Of a stretch of DNA of 37,899 nt, positions 35,990 to 37,899 are shown piece after piece (position 1 is the stretch's first letter; every line of letters begins with the position of its first letter). This DNA comes from a virus (lineage: Duplodnaviria; Caudoviricetes): positions 1-37,899 of IMG/VR virus record IMGVR_UViG_3300005259_000075; one strand, written 5' to 3'. The position numbers and the translations under genes were made by a program. Below the pieces are notes generated by a model. The model had not been told where the DNA came from. It worked only from the letters and a program-made list of their open reading frames with translations, and did not search any database.

Positions 35990-36448
35990 ATGTTTTGCAT
36001 AACCGATTATCGGGCGGGCGATCCGCTCAAATACCGGGGGCTGGACATGTCCCCGGCGGCGCGTGATCTGCTCAATTCAGATCCTCGGCGTTTCGCCTCA
36101 TATTGCAACGGCGTCGGCAGCAAAGTGGGATTTTGGAATAAGATACTTTATCACCTTATCCCCAATTGCATCGGGCTGATCAATATCACTCCCGCCTCTG
36201 ATATCCACGATGTCGAATACACTGTCCCCACCGTGTTCGCCACGATGGGCGAGGCGAGAAAAGCGTGGAAGGATGCCAACCTGCGCTTTTTATCCAATTG
36301 CCGCCGCCTGATCGAGCGCGGCACGTCCCGGCGCTGGCTGCGGGCGCTGCGCTACAAAATAGCCACCGAATATTATCGTCTGCTCGGCTCGGAATCGGCG
36401 TGGGGCTCGTTTCTCGCCGGGCGCACTATTAACAACTGCCGGGAGTAA
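35990..36448 (+). CDS. Phospholipase A2-like / DUF1353-like protein
   Basis: YCNGVG...IHDVEY...ANLRFLSN resembles the NGCG/HDxxY/ADxxF signature; AAGGAG SD before ATG 35990. Confidence 0.55.
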   Translation: MFCITDYRAGDPLKYRGLDMSPAARDLLNSDPRRFASYCNGVGSKVGFWNKILYHLIPNCIGLINITPASDIHDVEYTVPTVFATMGEARKAWKDANLRFLSNCRRLIERGTSRRWLRALRYKIATEYYRLLGSESAWGSFLAGRTINNCRE

Positions 36449-36450
36449 TC

Positions 36451-36582
36451 ATGAGTAAATGCACAGGCAAGACCGAGATCTACAGCCGGGTATCCGGCTA
36501 TTTTCGTCCGGTGACGAACTGGAATCGAGGCAAGCGGGAAGAATTCAAAGACCGCTGTCCGTTCAAAGTTCCCGCAAAATAA
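36451..36582 (+). CDS. 43-aa stand-alone NrdD C-terminal glycyl-radical domain peptide
   Basis: Translated by hand: MSKCTGKTEIYSRVSGYFRPVTNWNRGKREEFKDRCPFKVPAK; GGGAG SD. Confidence 0.85.
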   Translation: MSKCTGKTEIYSRVSGYFRPVTNWNRGKREEFKDRCPFKVPAK

Positions 36583-36584
36583 AT

Positions 36585-36613
36585 TTGCATTAGTGCAATG
36601 GGTTGATTATAAT
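36585..36613 (+). promoter_or_regulatory. Sigma70 promoter of the nuclease gene
   Basis: TTGCAT-17 nt-TATAAT; near-palindrome TTGCATTAGTGCAA over the -35. Confidence 0.75.
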
Positions 36614-36620
36614 ATTAATT

Positions 36621-37292
36621 ATGATTAAAATGCTTAAATTAACCGTGTTTTGTTATGCTCTGGCGGCGCAGTTTTGCGCCGTATTTGCATATGACGCGGT
36701 ATTAGATGAGTATATTCCCGCCGCCGACCGTCCCCATGTAATCGACATGGTGTATTACGCCATTGTCACCGATGATCGCGGCAATACCAAATATTCCGCG
36801 TGGCTGCTGACCGCCGAGCGCATGAGCGCCCCCGCCTGTGAACGCACCGGGCTGCGCTTTGTCGCCACCCACGGCGCGCCCCATCCGCGCAATTATGCCG
36901 CCAGCGGCTACGATACCGGACATCTCTGCCCCGCCGAAGATATGCGCTTTGCCATCGACGCGATGCGGGCGACGTTCGACACCATCAACGCGATCCCGCA
37001 AACTCCCCGTCTCAATCGGGGTGTCTGGAAATCCCTCGAAACCCAGTGCCGCAAATGGGCGTCAGCCGGTAATGAGTTGATCCTGATTGCCGGACCATTG
37101 TACCGCGCCCAACCGCCGCCCGTGATCGGACCCGATAAAATACGAGTCCCCTCGCACTGTTTTAAGCTGGTAATCAACCGCACCACCGGCGAAACCGCCG
37201 GATATATTTTCCCCAACACCCCCGATATTTCCGGCGTCCCCGCCCAATTCCGCACCGAAACGGCACAGGTAAAGCAAGTTGCCAATCTGTAG
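36621..37292 (+). CDS. Secreted DNA/RNA non-specific endonuclease (NucA/EndoG family)
   Basis: YAASGYDTGHLCPAED (DRGH-like), NAIPQTPRLNRGVWKSLE, VPSHCFK; signal peptide. Confidence 0.92.
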   Translation: MIKMLKLTVFCYALAAQFCAVFAYDAVLDEYIPAADRPHVIDMVYYAIVTDDRGNTKYSAWLLTAERMSAPACERTGLRFVATHGAPHPRNYAASGYDTGHLCPAEDMRFAIDAMRATFDTINAIPQTPRLNRGVWKSLETQCRKWASAGNELILIAGPLYRAQPPPVIGPDKIRVPSHCFKLVINRTTGETAGYIFPNTPDISGVPAQFRTETAQVKQVANL

Positions 37293-37310
37293 CATTTAGC
37301 ATGTAGCAAA
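37290..37310 (+). repeat. TAGCATT heptamer array 4 (3 degenerate units)
   Basis: TAGCATT TAGCATG TAGCAAA starting at the nuclease stop codon. Confidence 0.8.
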
Positions 37311-37421
37311 CTGGCAACCGAATAATTTCGATTTCAACGCCCGCCCCGTCTATCCATAGCACGGCTGGACCTGGGCGGAGTGATCCGCCCGTGGCTGGGC
37401 GGTTACAGTCATTAAAACATG

Positions 37422-37443
37422 TGCTCTTGTTATGCTCTTGTTA
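37422..37443. repeat. Tandem 11-bp repeat, probable integrase arm-type sites
   Basis: TGCTCTTGTTA x2, 80 bp inside the tRNA boundary. Confidence 0.55.
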
Positions 37444-37523
37444 TTTGCAGTATCAGCGCATAAAACAAACTATCACAAACATTTTTAATATTGGTGGATA
37501 GTTGTTTTTTTGAGGCTAAAAAA

Positions 37524-37611
37524 TGGCGGAGGGAGTGGGATTCGAACCCACGGGAGCCGTAGCCCCGGCGGTTTTCAAGACCGCTGCCTTAAACCACTCG
37601 ACCATCCCTCC
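37524..37611 (-). tRNA. tRNA-Ser(TGA), integration target
   Basis: GGAGGGA acceptor stem, GCGGT-CTTGAAA-ACCGC anticodon arm, long variable arm, GGTTCGAATCC T-arm, encoded CCA. Confidence 0.97.
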
Positions 37612-37621
37612 GGGAACAATC

Positions 37622-37654
37622 GCATTGGAAGGCCTTAATATGACCTTCCAATGC
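37622..37654. other. 11-bp inverted repeat between htpG and the tRNA
   Basis: GCATTGGAAGG...CCTTCCAATGC. Confidence 0.6.
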
Positions 37655-37674
37655 AATATTTCAAGCACAAGGAA

Positions 37675-37899
37675 CTACTTTGCTGCTTCCTTTTCCAAGC
37701 CGATCACCATCAGCTCGGCAATATGGCGTGTGAACTTCAGGGGATCGGCGATAGTTCCACCTTCCGTCAGAACCGCCTGATCCCACAGCATCGCGGCATA
37801 ATCCGCCAGTTTGGGATTGGCGGAATCGCGATCATAGACACCCTGCATGGCTTTGACCAGGGGATGATCAGCATTAAGCTCCAGAATCCGTTTGGATTT
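37675..37899 (-). CDS. htpG: Host chaperone HtpG (Hsp90), 3' end only
   Basis: Translated by hand: KSKRILELNADHPLVKAM...LWDQAVLTEGGTIADPLKFTRHIAELM...stop. Confidence 0.9.
   Translation of the reverse strand, partial: KSKRILELNADHPLVKAMQGVYDRDSANPKLADYAAMLWDQAVLTEGGTIADPLKFTRHIAELMVIGLEKEAAK

Larger units (their letters stand above)
1..37523. mobile_element. Prophage (temperate siphovirus, HK97-like head) integrated at tRNA-Ser(TGA); left boundary lies upstream of the window
   Basis: Integrase, repressor, replication, terminase, portal, protease, capsid and tail genes in lambdoid order, ending next to the 3' CCA end of a tRNA gene, followed by a host housekeeping gene. Confidence 0.95.

Noticed and set aside
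37523-37780. 85-aa ORF MAEGVGFEPT...
   Set aside because: Antisense translation of the tRNA gene and the htpG end

Overview
The window is an almost complete ~37.5 kb temperate siphovirus prophage with an HK97-type head, integrated at the 3' end of a host tRNA-Ser(TGA) gene (37524..37611, minus strand). The 3' end of host htpG lies beyond the tRNA. Left to right: tyrosine integrase; leftward lysogeny genes with their own promoters; a CI-like/RHH switch; a long early accessory operon (two ParB-like proteins, excisionase, pentapeptide-repeat protein, DUF2786, DUF5131, PAPS-reductase-like, ASCH-like); replication initiator with iterons and a DnaC-like loader; a second tyrosine recombinase; packaging, head and tail genes; an atypical lysis region; and a secreted nuclease moron. 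Most notable: (1) three early genes built combinatorially from shared N- and C-halves around one 35-bp core, forming nested direct repeats around cargo cassettes of 3740 bp and 1320 bp; (2) a 43-aa stand-alone NrdD glycyl-radical peptide missing from the ORF track; (3) TAGCATT heptamer arrays at stop codons of four genes; (4) one near-identical 28-bp promoter ahead of three late modules; (5) a split large terminase; (6) no recognisable endolysin. All family calls are from motif recognition by eye, not database searches. The left att site is outside the window and the host taxon cannot be determined.
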